Positions 1 through 9,477 of a stretch of 57,885 nucleotides of DNA are shown piece by piece (the first letter of the stretch is position 1; each line of letters starts with the position of its first letter). The notes beneath the pieces are model-generated. The model saw only the letters and a program-made list of their open reading frames with translations, had not been told where the DNA came from and did no database searches. The stretch spans positions 1 to 57,885 of IMG/VR virus record IMGVR_UViG_3300046170_000085. The stretch is one strand, 5' to 3'. The position numbers and the translations under genes were made by a program. The DNA is from a virus (Duplodnaviria > Caudoviricetes).

Positions 1-1004
1 CTGATTTTGGTGCGTTAAGTACACCTGTGACTAAAAAGTCTGGTTCAAGTATTCCAAACGAAGAAGAGATCCTGCTTGGTACATCTGGGTGGGGTAGCCT
101 AAACGATCACTATGTGCCTCGACCGATGTACAACAACCTGACGAATTATATCGTAGGCGAAGAAGATGGTGGGACTCAATTACTAAGAAGCACATGGAAC
201 TGGTTACTACGTGCAAAGGGTGTGTCTCAATATAGTAAGACAATCCTTTCACCTATCACACAGGTTCGTAACTTTACTACCGCTGCTGCCTTTGCTTTGG
301 CTAACGGAAACGTCCCATTTGTAGGTCGTCATGGTAGCATCAAAGATGCGGCAAAACTTATTTACGGAAACCTTCTTACAAAAGGTGATGATGAAGTTAT
401 TGCTGAGTTGATGGACGCACAACGACGAGGGATGCTAGGAACAAATGCAGAGTTAAGAGAGATTCAAGACTCCTTGCGTAAAGGTGTAGGGCTTACTGCT
501 CGTGGACCTGAGAGCGGAATAGAGGCTTTGATTGCGGGTAGTCCTACTCGTGAGAAGTTTGCGAAAAGTGCGGGGGGATTTTTTAAACCTCTGGAAAATA
601 TCTACCAAAGTTCAGACGATTTCTGGAAGCACTTTAACTACACCGCAGAGCAAGGCCACATTCGTAAGTCCTTAGACGGAATAGACTTTAGTAATCCACA
701 GCAAGCTGAAGAAGCTATTGCCTATCTTACAAAGAATGGCACCGACATCTCAGAAGAAACTAGGTCTGCTATCAGTAAAGGTTCTTTTACAAAGGCTGAC
801 ATTGATGAGATGGTCAAGCATCGTGCCGCACAAATTGTGAGAGATACTGTACCAAACTATAACAAGGGTGCTACGGATCTTGTTCGACTTGGTCGCCGTT
901 TACCTTTGGGTAATTTTATTACCTTCCCCGCTGAGATTTATAGAACAGGAATTAATATCGTAAGGCAGAGCTTAGATGACATGTCTTCAAGTATTCCTGC
1001 TGTT
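1..1004. repeat. Terminal direct repeat, left copy (circular overlap)
   Basis: 1-1004 equals 56876-57885 except for six single-base homopolymer insertions in the right copy. Confidence 0.97.
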
Positions 1005-2336
1005 CGGACTCGTGGTCGTAATCGTATGATAGGTTTCTTGGGAACCACAGTTGCTGCTCCTGTCGGTGCCCTTGAAATGGGCTACGCAATTTCTGGAGTT
1101 ACGCAAGAGGAGATGGAAGCATATCAACGATCATTTTCTGCACCATGGGAAAAAGGTTCTGTCCTCATTCCATTAGGCAAAGAAGACGGCAAGATACAAT
1201 ACATGAACTTCAGTACCTCCAACCCATATGATGGCCTGTATCGTTTTGCTGTTCGTGCAATGAACGAGTTTGAAGATGCAGTTAAAGAAGGTAAAGGCCC
1301 AGGAGGCACGTTTACTAACTCAGTTGCCGGAGCAGTCAGAGAAATCTTTGAGCCTTTTCTATCAGAAGCGATGTTGACGGAAGCTGTTACAGATGTTTTC
1401 TTTCGAGGTGGACGCACTTCTACAGGAGCAGAAATATTTAACCCAGAAGACAGCGATGGTCTAAAGGGGTGGAAGATGATTACACACGTTCTGAATACCA
1501 TGGTGCCGAGTGTATCTCCTATAGATTTGAACGGAGAGCCTGGAAGGTTTATTCGTGGAACAGTAGGAAACATAGCTCCCGGTTTTGTGAACCCTAAAGA
1601 CAAACTGCTAAGAGAACGTGATTTAGTAACTGAAACTATCCGTGCTTTTACTGGTGTTACTCCGCAAGAGTTTGATCCTGCACGGGGTCTTGAGTTCGGC
1701 GCATACCGAATGAATCAGGCGCAGACCAACGCTAGACGAATATTTAATCAAGTAACTGATGATGGCAATGCTACGGCAGGCTCATTGAAAAGTGCATTCC
1801 AACGCGCAAACAACGCCAAGCTCCGTGTAGACAGAGAATACTATCAGATGATAGAAGATTTAAAGACCACTGGTATGACTAACCGTGACATTATGCGTGT
1901 TCTTAAAAAGAATAACATCGGTGGGTACAAGAACATTGTACGTGGTGAGTTCCAACCATTCAGAATCTCAAAGAAAAACATTCAAGAAATGCGGGATGCA
2001 GGTGTCTATCAACTATATCCGCGTGATGAGATTCGTCAGATACAAAAAGAAATGAAAGGGATGTCGCTCAAGCCTGATACAGACTTGTCTGTTTCTCCTC
2101 GACCCTCGGTTCCTTCTGGTGAAAACCCTTTCATGAACTTACCCGATGCTCCTAGCGCACCGACACCTAGCGCACCAAACCCTTTCATGAACTTACCAGA
2201 CAGTCAAAGCAGCCTCCAACAACCCGTGATCATGCCAACCCAAGCTCGTGCACCTGGGCCAGTAGATCCTGCATTACTAGGTGATAACCCGGTAACCGCT
2301 GCGCTTAATGCACAGATTGCGAACCGTCGTGGTTAA
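1..2336 (+). CDS. C-terminal part of a very large internal virion/DNA ejection protein (begins at 54819, wraps the circle)
   Basis: ORF 56638..57147 runs straight into the sequence translated at 27; last gene of the structural operon; NPFM[SN]LPD motif at both ends. Confidence 0.75.
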   Translation, partial: DFGALSTPVTKKSGSSIPNEEEILLGTSGWGSLNDHYVPRPMYNNLTNYIVGEEDGGTQLLRSTWNWLLRAKGVSQYSKTILSPITQVRNFTTAAAFALANGNVPFVGRHGSIKDAAKLIYGNLLTKGDDEVIAELMDAQRRGMLGTNAELREIQDSLRKGVGLTARGPESGIEALIAGSPTREKFAKSAGGFFKPLENIYQSSDDFWKHFNYTAEQGHIRKSLDGIDFSNPQQAEEAIAYLTKNGTDISEETRSAISKGSFTKADIDEMVKHRAAQIVRDTVPNYNKGATDLVRLGRRLPLGNFITFPAEIYRTGINIVRQSLDDMSSSIPAVRTRGRNRMIGFLGTTVAAPVGALEMGYAISGVTQEEMEAYQRSFSAPWEKGSVLIPLGKEDGKIQYMNFSTSNPYDGLYRFAVRAMNEFEDAVKEGKGPGGTFTNSVAGAVREIFEPFLSEAMLTEAVTDVFFRGGRTSTGAEIFNPEDSDGLKGWKMITHVLNTMVPSVSPIDLNGEPGRFIRGTVGNIAPGFVNPKDKLLRERDLVTETIRAFTGVTPQEFDPARGLEFGAYRMNQAQTNARRIFNQVTDDGNATAGSLKSAFQRANNAKLRVDREYYQMIEDLKTTGMTNRDIMRVLKKNNIGGYKNIVRGEFQPFRISKKNIQEMRDAGVYQLYPRDEIRQIQKEMKGMSLKPDTDLSVSPRPSVPSGENPFMNLPDAPSAPTPSAPNPFMNLPDSQSSLQQPVIMPTQARAPGPVDPALLGDNPVTAALNAQIANRRG

Positions 2337-2547
2337 CATCTGGATCTTCTTCGACAGATAGTTGTACTCCGACCCCACCGAATAACTTAATCATCTCGTC
2401 ACAAAGATGCTCGGCATCTTCTAGGATCTCATCATCCCCTGTGTCAGCGGCAAGATGCAATGTCATGCCCACAAGTTCCATGAGATGTTTGACCTGAACA
2501 GGATGCATTTCTCTAAGACCGACTGTTTTAATCTTTTCTGGTTTCAT
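2305..2547 (-). CDS. Hypothetical protein
   Basis: ATG at 2547 overlaps the polymerase stop (ATGA coupling). Confidence 0.6.
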   Translation of the reverse strand: MKPEKIKTVGLREMHPVQVKHLMELVGMTLHLAADTGDDEILEDAEHLCDEMIKLFGGVGVQLSVEEDPDVNHDGSQSVH

Positions 2548-4451
2548 TCGATTTCTCCCCAATTATCTTTGAGTTCATCGTCTACTTTAGAGGGGACTCT
2601 CAAGACATCCGACAACCCGTTTTCCATTATGTGCTTGATGTTGTGCGCTTGATCGTCGCCCTCTACTGAGAAGCATAACTCATCATGCACCGTTAGCATA
2701 GGCAAAAGTCCTTCTTTGTAGCAATCTGCCATAGCTTTTTTAGTTTGATCCGCAGCTGAACCTTGGATCAATTTGTTTAACGCCTTGTAAGTAAAGGCTC
2801 TTCTTAGAGGTTGACCATATGTTTTCATGGCCTCCTCGTATGGTAATGGTTTCTTATACCCGAAGGTTCGAGGCTCCCAAAGATGGAAGCGGCACCGCCT
2901 ACCCAACAGGGTTCTAATGTGTCCGAACTTATCTGCCTGTCTACTCGCAATGTCCGCAAGGTTCTTAACAAACGGAACCTTCTCTCTGTGTGTATCCAGT
3001 AAATCCCCTGCTTCTTCTGGTGATATATCTAACTGCGCTGCCAGTTTACCTTTGCCCATGCCATACATGATTCCCAGGTTTACAACCTTGGCTTCCTTAC
3101 GCTTGATTCCTGCAATGTCTGCCACCATCTGGTGTAGATCCACATCACCTGTGTTGTATTCGTCAACAATCTTATCGACAATCGGGTGCTTGTACTCACC
3201 CTTCAGGCTTGCTGCAAAGTGCACCAGTAACCTCGGCTCTTGGCTTGAGTAATCAAACGACCCCCACTTGCACCCTTGCTCTGGTATAAACAGACCACGG
3301 ATTAGTTTCTTGATCTCGGGATCTCGTGCCGGAATCTGCTGAAGGTTTGGGTTTGAACTAGAGAACCTACCCGTCACCGTGCCTCCGTCATCGGATCGTA
3401 GCTGATGGAACTCACAGTTGATCCTACCGTTGTGCGAGTGCTTGATGATTGTATCTATGAACGTGCTATCCGCCTTGTCAAATTCACGTAGCTTGACGAT
3501 CATTTGTGCAATTGGGTGGGCATGTGTATTGAGATACTGTTTGGTGAATGACGGTGCCCCTGCTTCAGTCTCAGGGTACTTCAGTCCTAGCTCCTCGAAC
3601 ACCGCAGCTACAGATGCAGCCGCCCATGGTTCTATCTTGATCTTTGTCTGTCGGTGGATCTCTTCCCTCAGTTCTTTGCCCTTGGCTTTGAGTAGAGTCT
3701 TGGCTTGATCTGCCTTGTCCAAGTCCACACGCACACCTAGCTGACGCATGTCACACATCATAGGTATCAGGCTAGTCTCCAAATCCCAGATGTTCCATAG
3801 GTCTTGCTTCTCCAGTTCTATCTTCAGTCGCTCCCACAAACGCAGGGTCATGCCTGCATCCTGTTCAGCATACCGTCCAACAAACTCAGGTGGTAGCTTG
3901 TACATCTCAGCCTTGGGATCAAAGCCCCACTCTGCTGCTGCAACACGTAGAAGTTTCTCATCCTTGCGCTCATCGAGGTAGTCTCTGCCAAGGTTATTCA
4001 AGCTGTATGACCAACGGTTCTCGTCCACCACCGCACCAGTAATCATGGTATCGATGATCCGACCCTCTACCTTTATGCCCTCGGCACGTAACCAACCCAG
4101 ATCATACGTGGCGTTGTGCATGATCTTGTCTATATCTGGTGTTGCCATCTGTTTCTGTAGCCATCGGAGTGCAATCTTTGCATCCATGTTGTGACCGTTC
4201 TCATGTCGGATAGGAAAGTATCCTTCCCAGTCTCCTGCTGCTACGGCTATGCCTACGATGTACCCGTCCTTACGCACCCATCCAGGGCCAAGCTTAATTA
4301 GATTCGGGTCACATGTCTCAAGGTCAACGGCTATCTGTTTGTAGCCCGTCAGGTCTGGAAACTCCGATGGTATATTCCATGTCAGTTCCTTACCTTGGTT
4401 CATCTGCTTGGCAATGATGTAGTCTTTCTCAAACATCTCAGTCTGTTTCAT
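2544..4451 (-). CDS. polA: Family A DNA polymerase with 3'-5' exonuclease
   Basis: ExoI AVDLET, HNATYD, TGRFSSSNPNLQQIP, motif A DYSSQEPR, motif B KVVNLGIMYG, IQGSAAD, motif C TVHDEL; start trimmed to MKQTEMF. Confidence 0.97.
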   Translation of the reverse strand: MKQTEMFEKDYIIAKQMNQGKELTWNIPSEFPDLTGYKQIAVDLETCDPNLIKLGPGWVRKDGYIVGIAVAAGDWEGYFPIRHENGHNMDAKIALRWLQKQMATPDIDKIMHNATYDLGWLRAEGIKVEGRIIDTMITGAVVDENRWSYSLNNLGRDYLDERKDEKLLRVAAAEWGFDPKAEMYKLPPEFVGRYAEQDAGMTLRLWERLKIELEKQDLWNIWDLETSLIPMMCDMRQLGVRVDLDKADQAKTLLKAKGKELREEIHRQTKIKIEPWAAASVAAVFEELGLKYPETEAGAPSFTKQYLNTHAHPIAQMIVKLREFDKADSTFIDTIIKHSHNGRINCEFHQLRSDDGGTVTGRFSSSNPNLQQIPARDPEIKKLIRGLFIPEQGCKWGSFDYSSQEPRLLVHFAASLKGEYKHPIVDKIVDEYNTGDVDLHQMVADIAGIKRKEAKVVNLGIMYGMGKGKLAAQLDISPEEAGDLLDTHREKVPFVKNLADIASRQADKFGHIRTLLGRRCRFHLWEPRTFGYKKPLPYEEAMKTYGQPLRRAFTYKALNKLIQGSAADQTKKAMADCYKEGLLPMLTVHDELCFSVEGDDQAHNIKHIMENGLSDVLRVPSKVDDELKDNWGEIE

Positions 4452-4725
4452 TGTCAAACTCCGCACCCAGTGCACTGTATCCGCACTTGTCGATCCACGA
4501 ATCCTTGTGGTCTATCGTTTCTAACAAGCGACAGGTCTTCACCCAGTCCATCATCAGAGCTACGTGCTTGGCTGTAATCTTACCGTGGGTGTTCAGTGCA
4601 TCAGTGACTATGACATTCCATCCCGTTGCTATCCTGTCGAAGTTATCCTTGGCATCACCGTAGTCCTTGGCTCTGTTACCATTGATCAACTGCTTCGCCG
4701 TATCCAAGTAATCGTTACGTTTCAT
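4438..4725 (-). CDS. Conserved phage protein (DUF6378-like)
   Basis: R..DYG....NF.RIA..W ... DSWID.CGYSALG pattern. Confidence 0.7.
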   Translation of the reverse strand: MKRNDYLDTAKQLINGNRAKDYGDAKDNFDRIATGWNVIVTDALNTHGKITAKHVALMMDWVKTCRLLETIDHKDSWIDKCGYSALGAEFDNETD

Positions 4726-6251
4726 ATTTCATACCTATATTTTTTATCTGACTCAATTAGGTAGAGGTTTTGTTTTGTTCTTGTAACGGCAACATAAAAT
4801 ATTCTGTGCTCGTCCTCGGGATGTTTACCCTCTACGCAGTTCTTGGTGGATCCCAAATACACCGCTACGTTATCGTCTTCCCCTCCTTTCATGGCGTGGA
4901 TCGTTGATAACTTGATCCTCGGTTGCTTGTATATACTCTCTCCTCTACGCTCGATGGCGCGGATGTATATCTGTTCCTCCTCTGACAGACGCACCACGTC
5001 CATCGGGTGTGTGTTCTTCGGGGATAAGAGTCCATAATCAGATGCTAGATCCTCCCATGTCAAGGGCTGCTCTGGATCAGCAGCGTCTAGTAACTTAGCT
5101 GACCCTCTCTTGACTACAGGATTGTCTCCTATCTTCGGCACAGTTTTATAAAACTCCTTGATCCGTCCAAGGTACAATGCCTTTCCACCTACCAAGTCTG
5201 CCCATGTAGCCATAGCATCCAACTTCTTTTGTGAGACAGACGCATGACCCTTACGGCTGTAGAAATATCCTGCATCACTCAACGATTCAGCTATCTCTTT
5301 CACAAAGCTGTTGGTTCGAGCCATGATTGTCCATGACCCTTTGTCCAATGGTAGATTCCAAAGGCTACCCACAACCTTGACCATACCCTCGTCATCCTTG
5401 GGGAAGAACTCTTTCTCCAGTCTCCCTGGTATGTGGTCAGAGATACGCATAGCAAGCCTCCAGACGCTCTGTGGTAAGCGATAGGACTGGTTGAGTACTT
5501 CTACATGGTCGGAAGCTTTGATGAATCTCTGAACGTCTACGGAAGTCCAACGGTGGATTGCTTGATCGTCATCCCCTGCAATCAGAACTTCATCCGCAGT
5601 CAGTGCCATCTTCTCTACCATCGTCCACTGCAATGGTGTCAGGTCTTGGGCTTCATCCACAATCAATAGATCAAGGTTGGGTGTTTCACAAATCTCTATG
5701 TACTTGGAGATCATGTCAGTGAAATCTATTTTGTTTGTCTTGAGTTTATATTCAATTAATTGATTATGAATCTGAACCAACTTAGAGTAATCCAAAGTGT
5801 AGTCTTCTTCGTAGTTATACTCAAAGTCCAAGGACTCTTCCCGATAGATTGACCGCATGATAATCTGTAGATACTTGGCTCCCGATCCTCCTATCGGTGG
5901 TATCGTAACACCATCGTCAATGGAGGTGGCATCTGCTCCATCAAACGCCACCCCCAACATGCGACCAAGAGTTTTAAAATCCTCTCGGTCCATGACATCA
6001 GTACTCTTCAAGCCCAGTCCGTGATAACCAGTGGCATGGAGAGTTCTGAAATGCGGAAAGTCATTCTTAGTCAGGTTGAACTTAGCACATGCTCGATCAA
6101 CAAACTCCCCGATAGCTTTGGTAGTAAACGATACCACACCTATACGTGATGGGTGTACCCCTTCTTGCAGTTTCTCCTGCACTCTTTCGATTAACGTGTA
6201 AGTCTTACCACAACCGGGTGGCCCAAGTATCAGGGTTGCATTAGGTATCAC
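4722..6251 (-). CDS. UvrD/Rep-like SF1 helicase
   Basis: GPPGCGKT, VDEAQD, GDDDQAI, QSYR, STIHAMKGGE, FYVAVTRTK; probable GTG start at 6251. Confidence 0.93.
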   Translation of the reverse strand: MIPNATLILGPPGCGKTYTLIERVQEKLQEGVHPSRIGVVSFTTKAIGEFVDRACAKFNLTKNDFPHFRTLHATGYHGLGLKSTDVMDREDFKTLGRMLGVAFDGADATSIDDGVTIPPIGGSGAKYLQIIMRSIYREESLDFEYNYEEDYTLDYSKLVQIHNQLIEYKLKTNKIDFTDMISKYIEICETPNLDLLIVDEAQDLTPLQWTMVEKMALTADEVLIAGDDDQAIHRWTSVDVQRFIKASDHVEVLNQSYRLPQSVWRLAMRISDHIPGRLEKEFFPKDDEGMVKVVGSLWNLPLDKGSWTIMARTNSFVKEIAESLSDAGYFYSRKGHASVSQKKLDAMATWADLVGGKALYLGRIKEFYKTVPKIGDNPVVKRGSAKLLDAADPEQPLTWEDLASDYGLLSPKNTHPMDVVRLSEEEQIYIRAIERRGESIYKQPRIKLSTIHAMKGGEDDNVAVYLGSTKNCVEGKHPEDEHRIFYVAVTRTKQNLYLIESDKKYRYEI

Positions 6252-6420
6252 GACGCTTCTCCAACCACTGCTTGATTTCCTCCCGATCCCACCGACTCGC
6301 TGCACGTTGAGCGTCAGCGTTGCCAAGCTTGTAGGGTTTAGGAAAGTCCCCGTCATTTACCCATTTGTATATGGCAGACTCGGATACACCGAGCCAGTCT
6401 GCTACATCTTTAGCTTTCAT
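6241..6420 (-). CDS. AlpA/excisionase-like HTH protein
   Basis: MKAKDVADWLGVSESAIYKWVNDGDFPKPYKLG...RW...EI..W. Confidence 0.85.
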   Translation of the reverse strand: MKAKDVADWLGVSESAIYKWVNDGDFPKPYKLGNADAQRAASRWDREEIKQWLEKRRDT

Positions 6421-6424
6421 AAAA

Positions 6425-7960
6425 CTAGAACGGTATGTCATTATCTATCTCCTGTACTGGCAGATCCATTTCATTGTTCTCAAATGATGGCACCCACCAA
6501 ACTCTCACCGTGGTTCTTGATCCATCTTCCTTGTTAATATTTTTGTGACCATGACATTCATGGTTGTCATTAAATCTCTTCAATTGTTCCTGCACCTGTG
6601 CCCTGGTGTAAGCCGTAAACCTTCTGTTAAATAGAAACTCCATCAGCCCTGCTATTGTAAAGGATGTATACCCTTGGTTATCTGTCCATGGTTTACCTTG
6701 CAGCATCTCCTCTGGGTGCATAGCACGGATCCTACTGGTACAGAACTGACGCAACAAAGCTTTGAACTCTCCGAACACGGTTAGTTCCTCCGGCACCTCG
6801 GACTTAACTCCCTCTGAGTACAGCTTCTGTAGTAGCTGTTGCCACTTAGCAGGGCGGATAGTCGGAGGCACAAGTTGCTCTTGCTCCATACACGCACGTT
6901 GAAACAGGCTTTGGTTCTGTAGCTGCTCCGTGTTTAACTGGATACGTTTCCCTGCCACCGTTAGAAAATACAGGCGCGGTTCCGATAGGATGATCTGCAA
7001 GCTTCCGATCTCAAGAGACTCGGCCCCTGCATCTCCGACACCATACTTTGTAGACAGGCACAGTTCCTTGTCACAGAAACTTTTGAACGGCTCCTGTTCG
7101 CAGGTATAGAAGTATTCTTTTTTCTCCAGGCTTTTCTGTAATGCCAGAACTTCTTTGGCATCGAGCGGTGGAGAACACAGAGTCTGGTTAAAAGTTTCCA
7201 TCTCTGCTTTCCAGTTGTCACTGTGCTTCATCCGACAGTACACACCGATCATAAACAGTTTCTTGTTGCGTTCTTCTCCAGTCGCGCCGTCAGAGAACAG
7301 ATGTTGCAAGCAAGGAGGTCCGTCTTTGAAGTACTTTCGGGGTTTCTTGGTTCGACCTTTCTCAAGTACAGCTACTGAGGTTCGCCTGATTTCTATGGCA
7401 TCCAAGAACTCCTTCAGTTCCATGGCCTCAACCTTATCATTGAAGCAATACCTCTGTGGTATCTCAGCATTGAAATAAGGGAGGTTAATAAAGTTCCCGA
7501 CATCTCCACGTTCAGACAGGATCCTATCTTGCTTCGGGAATATCTCACAGCCACTGTGCCCCAAGGCTACAGCCATCTCTAGTAAATACTCTCGGACAAC
7601 CTTGGCTTGCTCGTATTCTTCCAAGAATAAATACAGATGTGCTCCACCTGACTTGGATCTGCAATGCAGCAGCGGTAGCTTCTGTCTTTGTATTCTCGCT
7701 TGGAGTTCGTTGTGGTCTAGATCATATATGTCTATGTCCAACGCACCCCACTTGCACTTGTTATCTTCGTTGATCGGGATTGCCCCGACACCCTGCTCAC
7801 CCTGGATGTGTCCTTGCATAAGTTCTAATGTGAGCGGCTCCCGTACAATACGACTCTCAGCATCAGCCTTGCCATTGCGACCAATGCGTCCAACTGTAGT
7901 GGTGCCATGCGCAACCTTCGATCCTTCAAAGGCTGACAGCATTCTTTTATGAAGTGACAT
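6425..7960 (-). CDS. Primase-polymerase (AEP-like) replication protein
   Basis: GAIPI..CKWGALDID, SKSGGAHLY, GNFINLPY motifs, Cys-rich region; lies between the helicase and SSB-like genes. Confidence 0.75.
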   Translation of the reverse strand: MSLHKRMLSAFEGSKVAHGTTTVGRIGRNGKADAESRIVREPLTLELMQGHIQGEQGVGAIPINEDNKCKWGALDIDIYDLDHNELQARIQRQKLPLLHCRSKSGGAHLYLFLEEYEQAKVVREYLLEMAVALGHSGCEIFPKQDRILSERGDVGNFINLPYFNAEIPQRYCFNDKVEAMELKEFLDAIEIRRTSVAVLEKGRTKKPRKYFKDGPPCLQHLFSDGATGEERNKKLFMIGVYCRMKHSDNWKAEMETFNQTLCSPPLDAKEVLALQKSLEKKEYFYTCEQEPFKSFCDKELCLSTKYGVGDAGAESLEIGSLQIILSEPRLYFLTVAGKRIQLNTEQLQNQSLFQRACMEQEQLVPPTIRPAKWQQLLQKLYSEGVKSEVPEELTVFGEFKALLRQFCTSRIRAMHPEEMLQGKPWTDNQGYTSFTIAGLMEFLFNRRFTAYTRAQVQEQLKRFNDNHECHGHKNINKEDGSRTTVRVWWVPSFENNEMDLPVQEIDNDIPF

Positions 7961-8050
7961 GCTCGACTCCTGTTGAGATTAAAAGTGGGGGAAGACATCG
8001 GACGCGGCCCGGACTCGGTCACACAAAACGTCAACCCCCAAGACTGTTAA

Positions 8051-8842
8051 CTAGAAGGGGATTTCGTTGTCCTCATCTACAGAACCGTCATGAGCATCTG
8101 GTTCTTTAACAGCCTTAACCTCACCCGCCATGATCGACTCACGGAAAGCTTTAGCTTCCTGTAACAGATCACGAGAGTTAACCAGGTTAACCTTGGATAC
8201 TTGGTAGTTGCCCCACGTACCTTGGTCATTGGTTTCTTCAGTCGTGGATAGTTTCCACATGGTGGCATACACCGCAGGAGTAACCATTGCTCCTGTCTTT
8301 GGGTGCTTAACCTTTTGCATTGCAATCTGTGTCTTCCAACGACGGCTCACCTTCAACTGGCTTGACTTCATGTCGATCACCGTTGGTTGAAATGAACCAT
8401 CACCGTCAACAACAAGACAGTAATGCTGATCCGACTTAACAAGTTCGTGACCATTGGGTAGGATCTCTTTTGATCCTTCTCGTGTGGTCTTGGTTAAGAC
8501 TGGATCGTTTGCAGGTATCTCACCTTGGAACCCACCCCCTTGTTCACGCGGAACAAACTCAAGGTACTTGGTAGTCTGGTAACAAGGAATCACTGTGACC
8601 CCTTCTTCACCTTCCCAATACTGATTGGTCACTGTATTAAACAGATCCCCTTGAGAAGCACCGTCGATAAACTCAGGCTTCTTCTTGCTGAGTTGTGGTG
8701 ACATTGCCTGTAAGATCCGAACAAACGGTATCTGCATCTCGGAACTGTCAAAGGATGCACCTTCTCCTGCTGTTTCAAAGATGTCTTCCATTACATCGGT
8801 GCTTACTTCCACACCTTTAACTGCTGCTACTGCATTAGCCAT
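8051..8842 (-). CDS. Putative ssDNA-binding protein
   Basis: Acidic C-terminal tail ending EDNEIPF; replication cluster context. Confidence 0.55.
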   Translation of the reverse strand: MANAVAAVKGVEVSTDVMEDIFETAGEGASFDSSEMQIPFVRILQAMSPQLSKKKPEFIDGASQGDLFNTVTNQYWEGEEGVTVIPCYQTTKYLEFVPREQGGGFQGEIPANDPVLTKTTREGSKEILPNGHELVKSDQHYCLVVDGDGSFQPTVIDMKSSQLKVSRRWKTQIAMQKVKHPKTGAMVTPAVYATMWKLSTTEETNDQGTWGNYQVSKVNLVNSRDLLQEAKAFRESIMAGEVKAVKEPDAHDGSVDEDNEIPF

Positions 8843-9402
8843 TACGCTTTCCTCCGTATTTCTGCTGCGTTGTTGATGTATGCCCCGAACATATCGAGGT
8901 CTATTGGTCTACCATCCGTGACACGTTCTTTCACAAACGCTTTCAATGTGGATGGATGTACATGGGTCTTAGTCCTTGGATCAAAGCCCTTCTCATGCAG
9001 GATACCTACAACGTCCCCTGCTAGATTGTCTTCGCCCTTGCCAAACGAACAGGTCACATCGTTCTTTATGATGTCATCCAATCCATTCTCACGCAGCCAT
9101 GCGAATGCTTCTTCCTTGCGATCCGATGGTATCGATGCATGTACAATCATCTTACGTGTGACAGTCAACCCGTCCACGTCTACCCGATCCATACCCATCT
9201 CATCCATAAGTGCAGGAATGTTTTCAGTTGAAAGCTTGTGCTTTTCTAGCTTGACGGCTTTCAAATGCTGTTCCGCGTCCTCGATTTGGTTCTCGATGTC
9301 ACGCAGCTTGCGAACAAGATCACTCAATTGTCTTCCTGTTCCAGTATCGACTTGGGAGAGTGCATCTCCTTCGTCAAAGTAGTCTTCAAATATTTCATCC
9401 AT
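8842..9402 (-). CDS. Conserved phage replication-region protein
   Basis: AGGAG RBS before ATG 9402; coiled coil plus AFAWLRENG..DIIKN / VHPSTLKAFVKE. Confidence 0.7.
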   Translation of the reverse strand: MDEIFEDYFDEGDALSQVDTGTGRQLSDLVRKLRDIENQIEDAEQHLKAVKLEKHKLSTENIPALMDEMGMDRVDVDGLTVTRKMIVHASIPSDRKEEAFAWLRENGLDDIIKNDVTCSFGKGEDNLAGDVVGILHEKGFDPRTKTHVHPSTLKAFVKERVTDGRPIDLDMFGAYINNAAEIRRKA

Positions 9403-9477
9403 AAGTTTTCTCCTCTTCAGGACTGGGTTGACAAACCATTTTGCCATCCGTAAGGTGGACTCTACTGGAGATATGTG

